From IMG/VR virus record IMGVR_UViG_3300020122_000238, positions 124,001 through 188,000 of that record: a stretch of DNA of 64,000 bases; one strand, 5' to 3'. The translations under genes were made by a program, and so were the position numbers. The first letter of the stretch is position 1. The number at the start of each line of letters is the position of its first letter. The notes beneath the pieces are model-generated. The model was given only the letters and a program-made list of their open reading frames with translations, did not search any database and was not told where the DNA came from. This document shows, piece by piece, positions 49,470-57,664 of the stretch.

Positions 49470-49985
49470 ATGAGCGACAACAAAGAGCCTCTGGGACCGA
49501 ACGAGGAGTTTGCCCGTGTCCTTCAGGCACAGATGCCGGCGGTCACGACCCAAGCGCAGTTCAATGCCCTCATGGCGTCGTTTGACGCGCTTCGTTTCCT
49601 CTTCAACGGAATCTGCGCGTCAAACGCGGTTCAGGAGACGGAGGGCCGAAAGGCCCTGGACATGTCTCTTGAGCTGGGTCGCAAGGTGACCGAGGTGTCC
49701 GAACAGCTCAAAGACATCCCGGAGGCTGCTACCTCCAAGGCCGCGGAGGAGCACAAGAAGCCCCCGGCGCAGTACTACGAGTACGACGTCCAACGTGCTT
49801 TGCTCTCGGAGCTGAAACACACAGCAAATTACAATGAACTCAACAAGTGGTACGTTCTCACCAAAGAACGTCGAGAATTGGTGAGAACGTCAAGTCTCCG
49901 GAACGCTTTGTTCGATGCGATCCGGAATCACAGATCAGCACTCCAAGTGCTGAGGTCCGAAAGTTCAGGAGAAAAGACCCAGTGA
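49470..49985 (+). CDS. Hypothetical protein
   Basis: 171 aa helical; GAGGA RBS. Confidence 0.55.
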   Translation: MSDNKEPLGPNEEFARVLQAQMPAVTTQAQFNALMASFDALRFLFNGICASNAVQETEGRKALDMSLELGRKVTEVSEQLKDIPEAATSKAAEEHKKPPAQYYEYDVQRALLSELKHTANYNELNKWYVLTKERRELVRTSSLRNALFDAIRNHRSALQVLRSESSGEKTQ

Positions 49986-50377
49986 AAGTTTTGGTCTGCG
50001 GGAGTCGGGATTACGCCAACCGAGTTGGGATGCGGAAGGTCTTCGACAAGCTCGCCGAGAAAAAGATCCCCATCCTCATCGTCCACGGGGACTGCCCGAC
50101 GGGGGCTGATGCCATGGCGACCGAGCTGGCCAAGGAGTACGGCTTCGAGGTGCGGACCTACCCCGCCGACTGGGATGCGGCAAAAGCAGCGGGGAACCCC
50201 AAGTCTGCGGGCCCGATCCGGAACGCAAAGATGATCCGCGACGAGCACCCCCACAAGGACGGGACGTCCTTGGACCTCGGGATCGCCTTCACCCCCAACC
50301 TGGAGCGCAGCCGGGGAACGAAGGACTGCCACACCCGAGCGAGGGCGGCGGGGATCAAGATGCTCCTCTTCCCGTAG
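49982..50377 (+). CDS. DUF2493/YspA-like SLOG protein
   Basis: KVLVCGSRDY, IVHGDCPTGAD, YPADW, AGPIRNAKM, SRGT. Confidence 0.85.
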   Translation: MKVLVCGSRDYANRVGMRKVFDKLAEKKIPILIVHGDCPTGADAMATELAKEYGFEVRTYPADWDAAKAAGNPKSAGPIRNAKMIRDEHPHKDGTSLDLGIAFTPNLERSRGTKDCHTRARAAGIKMLLFP

Positions 50378-50382
50378 GTTTC

Positions 50383-50388
50383 GGTGTA
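50383..50388 (+). promoter_or_regulatory. Class A element GGTGTA
   Basis: 10 nt before ATG 50399. Confidence 0.65.
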
Positions 50389-50398
50389 AGATCGGAGG

Positions 50399-50749
50399 AT
50401 GCACACCATCCGTTTCGAGAGGTATTACAATGTCAAGGCCCAAAAACGCCCTCAACAACTCCGCCCCTCAACACGACGGTGGAATAGAGAGACACTTCTT
50501 GCTGTACTTCGTCAGGACATCCTGAATATTCAGACGAATCCCACACCAGAGACTCGCCGTCTTCACATCGAGAAGATGGCTGAGAAGTACAGAGCCAAGA
50601 GAAACATCGTGGCATGGTGTTTCTCCAGGTTGAAAACGGAGGGATTGATTGGCAAACCTGTCAATGGGATTCCTTCAGAATCTCCTTTCTCTCGCAAGAG
50701 GTCTGAAGTGGCCTGGACAGCAACCGCTTTCTACGTGACTGGGACATGA
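50399..50749 (+). CDS. Basic hypothetical protein, paralogue of the next gene
   Basis: RPS.RRW..E.LL, VAWCFSRLK.EG, W.AT shared. Confidence 0.6.
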   Translation: MHTIRFERYYNVKAQKRPQQLRPSTRRWNRETLLAVLRQDILNIQTNPTPETRRLHIEKMAEKYRAKRNIVAWCFSRLKTEGLIGKPVNGIPSESPFSRKRSEVAWTATAFYVTGT

Positions 50750-51084
50750 TCTTCTACCGAAGCGGGGACATAACCCGAACCCAAATCCGACCTTCGATGA
50801 GGCGTTGGAAGAAAGAAAAGCTTCTCGATGCGATCCGAGAGGCCATCAAAGATAAGTTCTCTACTTCGAATCCCAACAACTACTCTCGCCATGTCTTCAT
50901 TGAAGAATTCGTCAACATGTTTCTAGCCAAGCAGGCTCTTGTGGCTTGGTGCTTCTCGCGACTGAAGATTGAAGGCATCCTCGGGGCGCCTGTGAATCGG
51001 ATGCCTCACGACTGTTTTCGAGGCATCTGGAACCCCACATCGAGGTGGCAAGCAACCCGTTTCCCCGTTCTACTGGAAACATGA
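50746..51084 (+). CDS. Basic hypothetical protein, paralogue of the previous gene
   Basis: Same shared blocks as 50399..50749. Confidence 0.6.
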   Translation: MIFYRSGDITRTQIRPSMRRWKKEKLLDAIREAIKDKFSTSNPNNYSRHVFIEEFVNMFLAKQALVAWCFSRLKIEGILGAPVNRMPHDCFRGIWNPTSRWQATRFPVLLET

Positions 51085-51617
51085 TCCACTACCTAAAAGG
51101 CGACGCCACGCGACCTCAAGGCACGGGGATGCGGTACATCGTCCACGTCTGTAACGACGTTGGGGGTTGGGGCCGTGGTTTTGTCTTGGCGCTATCCAAG
51201 CGTTGGTCAGAACCTGAGCAAGCCTATCGAGAATGGCATCGAAATGGGAGCCCCCATCGAAGCGGGAAATTCGCTCTTGGGGAGGTTCAGAGTGTGAGTG
51301 TCCAGGGGCCTCCCTACCCTGAGAACACAGGGCTTTGGGTGATGAACATGATCGCTCAGACGGGCTATGGCTTCAAGAAGACGCAGCACAAGGGAGCAGA
51401 TGATAGCGGGCCCCCCATTCGCTACGACGCGCTGAGGGAGTGCCTCCGAAAGGTTGCAAAGGCTGCCAGGATCACCCGAGCCTCAATACACATGCCGAGG
51501 ATCGGGTGTTCTTTGGCTGGTGGATCCTGGATGGAAGTCTCCAAGATCATCGAAGAGACCATGCCCGACCTCGATGTATATGTGTATGACCTTCCTGGGG
51601 GGTCCTATCGAGCATGA
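51081..51617 (+). CDS. Macrodomain (ADP-ribose-processing) protein
   Basis: KGDAT, IVHVCNDVGGWGRGF, MPRIGCSLAGGSW. Confidence 0.85.
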   Translation: MIHYLKGDATRPQGTGMRYIVHVCNDVGGWGRGFVLALSKRWSEPEQAYREWHRNGSPHRSGKFALGEVQSVSVQGPPYPENTGLWVMNMIAQTGYGFKKTQHKGADDSGPPIRYDALRECLRKVAKAARITRASIHMPRIGCSLAGGSWMEVSKIIEETMPDLDVYVYDLPGGSYRA

Positions 51618-51810
51618 TCCTTCGATCCTGGGAGCCAGCGACACCAGATGCTCGTTACTTTTGCCGTCGGGATCACGAGACAGGGCGGGCAATCGTCTAC
51701 GTGATCCCCAAGAAAGTAGACGATATGGAAAGACCCAATGGCGTCTGTAAGAAAAGTGATGGGGATGGGGGTGGCGCTGGGAGGTAAATCGATGCCCTGA
51801 CTCTCATGTT

Positions 51811-51822
51811 GGGGGGGGGGGG
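51811..51822. repeat. G12 homopolymer
   Basis: Twelve consecutive G between the macrodomain and DHH genes. Confidence 0.85.
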
Positions 51823-51893
51823 TTTGAGCTGCACTTCGAAAAGGCAAAAGAGGCGGCTGATATTCTCGCTCTTCAGCTCGGACACACGTTCTT

Positions 51894-51899
51894 GGTGTA
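51894..51899 (+). promoter_or_regulatory. Class A element GGTGTA
   Basis: 10 nt before ATG 51910. Confidence 0.65.
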
Positions 51900-51909
51900 G
51901 CCACGAGGG

Positions 51910-52908
51910 ATGATATCTCTTGAAAGACTCGAAGAAGTCACCACCCTCATCGTCCACGACAACTGCCCGGATGGTCTCGCCTCAGCGATGATCCTGCATG
52001 ACGCTCTGCCCAAGGCCGAGATCGTCTACATGCGGCACATGTCCCCAGAGCTGGCCGCCCTGGAGCCCAAGCCGGGGATGCTCTTCTGCGACTTCTCTCC
52101 CCATGCCGACCAGGCCCAGAAGTTCGTGGACGCGGGCGCCATCGTGCTCGACCACCACAAGTCCTCCCAGGCTGTCATCGAGTCCTTCGGAGAGAACGGC
52201 GTCTTTGGGGATGAAGCGCAAGACCCGGGCGTCTCCGGAGCTGTGCTTGCCTTTTGCGAGGTGTGGCTCCCCATGTGGGATTCGATGTGCCTGAAGACGC
52301 TTGGGATGACGTACCCCCCTGTGGATGGGTTTCCCCGTGCAATCAGGGAGTTCGCAACTCTCGCTGGCATTCGAGACACCTGGCAGAGACAGAGCCCCCG
52401 TTGGCTCGAAGCCTGTGCTCAGGCCGAAGCGCTTCTGTTCTGGCCGCGAGAGAAGTGGTTCGAAGCGGAGCTGGGGGAGATCCTCTCACGACCCATGCTG
52501 GACATTGGGCCCGTCCTGGTCCAGAAGCAGCAAGACAAGGTCAAGAGCATCGTGGAGAGGGCCTACCGCTTCACGACGCCGGTCGGAACGCGCGTGGTGG
52601 TCTTCCAGGGGCTCACGACGACGAGCGATGCAGCGGAGCTGATTGACAAGGATGCGGACCTCGTCATTGGATTCTCGTGTCAGTTCGACGGGGAGAACCA
52701 CAAGCTAGCGTTCTCGACGCGGAGCCACACGACGTTCGACTGTGCGAAGTTCGCGAAGGTCTTCGGGGGTGGCGGACACACGAAAGCCGCGGGGTTCAAT
52801 CGGACGATGGTCCCGACTGACCCGCAGCCTTACGAAATGGTGCGTCGGACTCTTGCGTTGTTCGAAGGCCCCATGGAGCCTGATAACACGAGCCTCATCG
52901 ACGGGTAG
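51910..52908 (+). CDS. DHH/DHHA1 phosphoesterase
   Basis: HDNCPDG, CDFS, LDHH, STRS, GGGGHTKAAGF. Confidence 0.88.
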   Translation: MISLERLEEVTTLIVHDNCPDGLASAMILHDALPKAEIVYMRHMSPELAALEPKPGMLFCDFSPHADQAQKFVDAGAIVLDHHKSSQAVIESFGENGVFGDEAQDPGVSGAVLAFCEVWLPMWDSMCLKTLGMTYPPVDGFPRAIREFATLAGIRDTWQRQSPRWLEACAQAEALLFWPREKWFEAELGEILSRPMLDIGPVLVQKQQDKVKSIVERAYRFTTPVGTRVVVFQGLTTTSDAAELIDKDADLVIGFSCQFDGENHKLAFSTRSHTTFDCAKFAKVFGGGGHTKAAGFNRTMVPTDPQPYEMVRRTLALFEGPMEPDNTSLIDG

Positions 52909-52909
52909 C

Positions 52910-53152
52910 TCAGAACTGGGGGAGGAGCTTGGCGGGGGCGATCTGCCAGCCGGGGATGACATCTCCCATGCTGAGGGGGCTGAGAGTCAGGGAGTTACGC
53001 CCCAGAACCTCAGCCAACCAGCCCACATGGTAGCAAGTACTTCCGATACTGACGGCGAGGGCATCGAACAAGCGGTCGCCGTCAACTGTGTACTCCCGCC
53101 CGTTGAACTCGAACTCGTACTTATCCGTCATCGTGTCGAGCTTGGCCTTCAT
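52910..53152 (-). CDS. Hypothetical protein
   Basis: 80 aa directly after a class B element. Confidence 0.6.
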   Translation of the reverse strand: MKAKLDTMTDKYEFEFNGREYTVDGDRLFDALAVSIGSTCYHVGWLAEVLGRNSLTLSPLSMGDVIPGWQIAPAKLLPQF

Positions 53153-53188
53153 GGGGGTCCTACGAGGCCAAGCTCGACACGATCAACC
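53150..53188 (-). promoter_or_regulatory. Class B promoter-like element within a 19-bp inverted repeat
   Basis: GGTTGATC-N16-CGTA-GGACCCCC-ATG; arms 53130-53148/53165-53183. Confidence 0.7.
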
Positions 53189-53247
53189 GGGTATCAGGTC
53201 GGGGGATGAACATTCGGGACTCCTCTGTGGGGTGTGGCAAAGCCCGG

Positions 53248-53622
53248 TTACGTAGCCAGTACACGAGCAGGGGCGAGGCGATCAATTTCGGAAGGTAAAA
53301 TCCTCCGAAGGGTGCATTCGAAGTCCTCCAGGGAGATTTTGAGCGGCATGTCGAAATAGTGGTGATTCCACTTCCCTGAGAAGGGGTTGAGCCCAGATGT
53401 CCCGACGACAGCCTTTGCCGCGTCGGGGTCGTTGAACTGGCAGGCGACCCAGTTGCCATAGGTGGCAATGCTGAGATACCCAGCTCGGGTCGTGATCTCG
53501 TAGTAGTTGGGGAGCCACTCCTTGCCTTGAGAGATCCCACCCAGACGAGTGACGATCTCTACCACCCCGGTATCGAAGGCAGCCTCTTGAACCGCTTTTT
53601 GCTTTTTGGTCAACTTCTTCAT
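53248..53622 (-). CDS. Hypothetical protein, paralogue of 53619..53912
   Basis: AFDTG..EIV.RLGG, T.AG.L, C.F.DP.AA, G.WNH.Y shared. Confidence 0.65.
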   Translation of the reverse strand: MKKLTKKQKAVQEAAFDTGVVEIVTRLGGISQGKEWLPNYYEITTRAGYLSIATYGNWVACQFNDPDAAKAVVGTSGLNPFSGKWNHHYFDMPLKISLEDFECTLRRILPSEIDRLAPARVLAT

Positions 53623-53912
53623 GGCAGGACCTTTCGGAGAGTCTCCTCGAATTCCTTCAACGCCGTGCGGATGGACTTTCCGAGGTATTCGTGATTCCAC
53701 TCGCCCGTCTGAGGGTCGACAGGGTCGACAGTGAGCTGGCTGGCCGCCCTGGGGTCGTCGAACCGACAGTCGACATAGTCCCACTTCGGAAGAACGCGAA
53801 GGGGTCCCGCCAGGGTCTTGATGTAGAGGGCCTCTCGGACGCCTTGCCAGCCTCCGAGACGTAGAACGATCTCGATGATGCCCGTATCGAAGGCGTTTTT
53901 TCGGGTGCTCAT
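53619..53912 (-). CDS. Hypothetical protein, paralogue of 53248..53622
   Basis: Same shared blocks; follows a class B element. Confidence 0.65.
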   Translation of the reverse strand: MSTRKNAFDTGIIEIVLRLGGWQGVREALYIKTLAGPLRVLPKWDYVDCRFDDPRAASQLTVDPVDPQTGEWNHEYLGKSIRTALKEFEETLRKVLP

Positions 53913-53948
53913 GGAGGTCCTACAGGAGGACGGGGCATACGATCAACC
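53910..53948 (-). promoter_or_regulatory. Class B promoter-like element
   Basis: GGTTGATC-N16-TGTA-GGACCTCC-ATG. Confidence 0.7.
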
Positions 53949-54317
53949 CTTCGGCTTCTTCAGGATCAGGGCGAGCTGTGCCGCGAAAGAGACCTGTTCC
54001 CTGGTCGGGCCCGGCTCACCCTTCGCGATCTTCTTCAGCTCCTTCTGGACAGCCTTGACAGCTCGCTTTGCGGGGGCTTCCTTCGACCAGCCGACCAGGC
54101 GATCCTCAACGGATTGCCCTGCGAAATCCTTCGGGTTGGCCAGGAAACAGGCCTGGAAGAGCCTGCAATGAAGGCTTTCATCCATGAAAGCTGCCCGAAG
54201 AGGCTCACTCTCGCCGTCTTCCGAGATGAGGTAGACACGGAAAGCCTTGGGGTCATCCCACTCCGCGAACACACCGTTGATTTTGCTAGCGTCTTCTTTG
54301 ATCTTGGAGGTAGACAT
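53943..54317 (-). CDS. Hypothetical protein (MSTSKIKED...)
   Basis: Start chosen at the ATG after the class B element. Confidence 0.6.
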   Translation of the reverse strand: MSTSKIKEDASKINGVFAEWDDPKAFRVYLISEDGESEPLRAAFMDESLHCRLFQACFLANPKDFAGQSVEDRLVGWSKEAPAKRAVKAVQKELKKIAKGEPGPTREQVSFAAQLALILKKPKG

Positions 54318-54353
54318 GCTTCTCTTACACACCGGAAACCTTGAGGATCAACC
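54315..54353 (-). promoter_or_regulatory. Class B promoter-like element
   Basis: GGTTGATC-N16-TGTA-N8-ATG. Confidence 0.7.
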
Positions 54354-54387
54354 GGAAAGTATTGATAGCGGCCCTCTCCGTAGAGAC

Positions 54388-54660
54388 ATGGCTTCTCGTG
54401 AAATGACCGCTAGGGGGTTCTTCGATGTGGGGGACCGGATTCTGTACGGCAAGTACAAGAACAAGAAGGGCCGGATCGTCTCCGTGGGGCTCGACGTCAA
54501 GGGAAACCCCATCATCGAGATTGAGCCCGTCCCCAAGGGCCGGAAGAAGAACCAGATCATCGGGCTCTACAAGATATGGCATGACCCTCCGCCGGCACTT
54601 GCTCAGAAGGTGCTCGCTCGTTACACCCAGTCCGCCATGCTCGACGACGGGGAAGACTGA
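54388..54660 (+). CDS. Small KOW/SH3-like protein with C-terminal KVLARY tag
   Basis: FDVGDRILYGKYKNKKGRIV. Confidence 0.5.
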   Translation: MASREMTARGFFDVGDRILYGKYKNKKGRIVSVGLDVKGNPIIEIEPVPKGRKKNQIIGLYKIWHDPPPALAQKVLARYTQSAMLDDGED

Positions 54661-54663
54661 ACC

Positions 54664-56544
54664 ATGTCTCTGACCTCTCGGGTTCTTGCCCGTTACCTCG
54701 AAGCAAAGAAGGCTCCTGATCCGGAGTTTTTCCTCTCCGCCAAGTTCTTCCGAGAGCAGAAGGCGGACTTGACGAAACGGCTCAAGGCACCGTTGAAGTC
54801 AGGCTCTCGTGGTCTGGACTCAATGGAATACGTTATTGGGGATACACTCACCCCCTTCTTCAAGAAGTTCGAGCAGGACTTTGCTGCCGTCATCACCTAT
54901 CAAAAAGCTTTGGACTTCGTACACCAAGCTGTTGAAGGCACCATCGCAAAGCTTGCGAAAATCGGGGATTACGCTCGTTTTGTGGGAACCATCGTCCCCT
55001 TGCCGCCCAAAGGAGATGTAGAGGCCGAGCTTCGCTGGCTGGCGCATAATGAGGCTTTGGGCGTTTTTGAGGAGAAGGTCAGTAACCTACAGGACTTTCT
55101 CAAGTATGAGTGGGATGTTGACAAGCATCTTCGAGAAGTGCTCGTCAACAGAACGTCCGTGGGCATTACCACTCCAGAATTGAAGAAAGCTTTCGAAGCC
55201 TCTTGGGATGATTCCTATGGGGACGTCAATAGCTTGCTAAGGTGGGAATACCTCACCCAAATGCACTTCTACGACACGGCAAAGAAGACTCTCAAGAGGA
55301 AGCCTCCGGCAGACCCCATCACGTTTTACACCCAATGGGTTGGAGCTGTGTATGAGGCTCTATTCAGGTTCAATTCCGATTACGTAGACCCTGCCAAACC
55401 CCTGTACCGAGAGATCGACCTCTACGGGATGAAGGTTGTCATCAATGACAACACTGTCACCCCGGAGGATACGGGGAACTACATTCAGTTCATCGATGAG
55501 ACATACGCTCGGCTTCGAGCCAAGAAGCTTGAATCTGCCTGGTATGGGCACATTCTCATTGAATGTAAGGAGTGCGGGGGCATCAACTCCAACGGAGCGG
55601 ACTATGGTGTGGGGGGCAACTATACAGTCAAGGAAGATACTGTTCGTATCTTTGACCGTCCCGGCAGGTATATCGTAGACCTTTTGGCGCACGAGCTGGG
55701 GCATCGCTACTGGTATCAAAAACTGACGTCTGAGCAACGCACACACTTCGCAGATCTGGTCAGGGTACACAAGCGCTCCCGTCCAGACCCCAAGAAGATG
55801 ACCCCCCCGTACATCATCAGCCCTGAAAGGGAGAAGAAAGTAAAGGGTATGATTCTTGACTATGGCGTCAAGATTGTACACGTCCTTGCTGAGTTCCGGG
55901 ACTCCAAAGAGGGGTATACCTCGGACATGGCCAAGTTTCGACCGCAACTCTCAAGTCTTGCGGAAGACTTCAAAGACGAGACCAACTACACTCTTGACTA
56001 CGCCGGTACAGAAAGGGATATCACCCCCGCAGTATCCGACCTATTCAAAGAAGTTCAGAAGGACGCCCAAAAGGTGGTCGAGACCTTGAGCTATGCCTCC
56101 AGGCTGGACAATTACTTGTACACGTCTCCTGACGAAAACGCCGAGAACCAAGCGTTCTCGGAACTCAAAGAGAACGTGTATAAAGAGGTGGTCAAGTTTC
56201 TCGATGACCACATGAACTCCGCGTATAGCTTCATCAAGCTAGCTATCATGGCGCACAACGCGAAAGAAACCAGAGAGCACGACCCGGCGGTCAAGACCAA
56301 AGAGTGGCAAGCTGAGTTCGACAACGACCCCAGGCCTGTGTCCCCCTTCTCAGAATACGGGAGCAACAACATCAGCGAGGCATGGGCGGAGGTGTTCATG
56401 GCCTACGTCACGAACAAGGACCTTGACAGGGATCAGCTCGAATCGTTCAAGACCATCCTGAAGCGATCCTCCCTCGTGACAGCCGAGCAAGTGCTTGCTC
56501 GCTTCCGGCTTCTTGTGGAAGATTGCTCTTGTACGTCGACCTGA
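54664..56544 (+). CDS. Zincin metallopeptidase-domain protein with RVLARY tag
   Basis: LAHELGHRYW (HExxH) and distal SEYG..N..EAWAEVF third-ligand motif. Confidence 0.7.
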   Translation: MSLTSRVLARYLEAKKAPDPEFFLSAKFFREQKADLTKRLKAPLKSGSRGLDSMEYVIGDTLTPFFKKFEQDFAAVITYQKALDFVHQAVEGTIAKLAKIGDYARFVGTIVPLPPKGDVEAELRWLAHNEALGVFEEKVSNLQDFLKYEWDVDKHLREVLVNRTSVGITTPELKKAFEASWDDSYGDVNSLLRWEYLTQMHFYDTAKKTLKRKPPADPITFYTQWVGAVYEALFRFNSDYVDPAKPLYREIDLYGMKVVINDNTVTPEDTGNYIQFIDETYARLRAKKLESAWYGHILIECKECGGINSNGADYGVGGNYTVKEDTVRIFDRPGRYIVDLLAHELGHRYWYQKLTSEQRTHFADLVRVHKRSRPDPKKMTPPYIISPEREKKVKGMILDYGVKIVHVLAEFRDSKEGYTSDMAKFRPQLSSLAEDFKDETNYTLDYAGTERDITPAVSDLFKEVQKDAQKVVETLSYASRLDNYLYTSPDENAENQAFSELKENVYKEVVKFLDDHMNSAYSFIKLAIMAHNAKETREHDPAVKTKEWQAEFDNDPRPVSPFSEYGSNNISEAWAEVFMAYVTNKDLDRDQLESFKTILKRSSLVTAEQVLARFRLLVEDCSCTST

Positions 56545-56554
56545 TGTAGCACCC

Positions 56555-57316
56555 ATGCCTAGCCTGCCCTTCCGAGTAGCTGCCCAACATGTCGTCTCCC
56601 GTCGGGGGGCCGCTCTACGATCCGTCGTGGCAAGGGGAAGCTCTGGGGGGATGCCACTTCCTCCGGAGATGGCGGACCACCCTGCTCTGACCGCGGGGCT
56701 GACGAAGATTTATCCCAACCCCAAAGAGGTCGGTGGCTACCTCGGGGTCATCGACGGCGGATCTTGGATCGCCTTCGTGGGTGTGGATGGGAAGACTGAG
56801 CTATGGACCTCCCGCGAACCCAAGGGCGGCACCATCGGGAATCCCTATGTGTTCCAACGGGACGACATCTCTTCGGCGTCGACCGTGACCATCCCGAACC
56901 CTGTGTTCCAGTTCTACTCCCCCATCGAACTCAAGATTATGGGGGTCACGCAACGGGTCGCTGCTCGCTACAAGAAGTCCTCCGATGACTCTCTGTCTGA
57001 GGTTGTCGAGAGATACATGATGGCAACCTCACAATATCTTGGAAAACGTCTCGGTGGGTCCAAGTCCGGCGTCATGAAGTCCCAGTTCCCCAAGTGGAAA
57101 ATCGGGGTCTCCCTGAGCAACCCGTTAGTTTTTGACCACGTCATCGACGTGGTCCTCGATGGGTGTACATTGGTGTTTTCAGCATACCAATACACCCCTG
57201 GTTCGACGGGACTGCAACTCATCAAAAAAGCCACAGCTTCCGTGAACTCGTCTCCCAGTGACTTCGTTGAAGTCTTGGCGAGGGCGTACGAAAATCAAGC
57301 TTCGGACCTGTACTGA
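56555..57316 (+). CDS. Two-module hypothetical protein with RVAAQH and RVAARY tags
   Basis: Motif at the N-terminus and again mid-protein. Confidence 0.55.
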   Translation: MPSLPFRVAAQHVVSRRGAALRSVVARGSSGGMPLPPEMADHPALTAGLTKIYPNPKEVGGYLGVIDGGSWIAFVGVDGKTELWTSREPKGGTIGNPYVFQRDDISSASTVTIPNPVFQFYSPIELKIMGVTQRVAARYKKSSDDSLSEVVERYMMATSQYLGKRLGGSKSGVMKSQFPKWKIGVSLSNPLVFDHVIDVVLDGCTLVFSAYQYTPGSTGLQLIKKATASVNSSPSDFVEVLARAYENQASDLY

Positions 57317-57324
57317 AGGCAACC

Positions 57325-57621
57325 ATGAACGATCTCACGCTTAGGGTTGCGGCCCGCTATGCTCTTGCTTCGGGGGTGGTCCTTGTCAAAAGCAAGGTGA
57401 AGGGGAATTACAGAACAGTAGATGGTGCCTACTGGTTTCGCCCCATGGAGACGCATAACAACAACACTCGTCCTGAACGCTATGATGTCATTCGGATGAG
57501 TGACCGGGTTACAGTTGCTGAGGGTATGACCCTCGCTACCGCTAAAAGGCGATTTGAGGCTTATCTCAAGGATGTTGAGACTGGGTCGCCGCTTCAAAAA
57601 CTTCCTTATGATCGTGGTTGA
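57325..57621 (+). CDS. RVAARY-tagged small protein
   Basis: MNDLTLRVAARYALA. Confidence 0.6.
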   Translation: MNDLTLRVAARYALASGVVLVKSKVKGNYRTVDGAYWFRPMETHNNNTRPERYDVIRMSDRVTVAEGMTLATAKRRFEAYLKDVETGSPLQKLPYDRG

Positions 57622-57664
57622 AATACAAGAATATCGGTAACTTCCCTCTAGAAAAATGAAAGCA

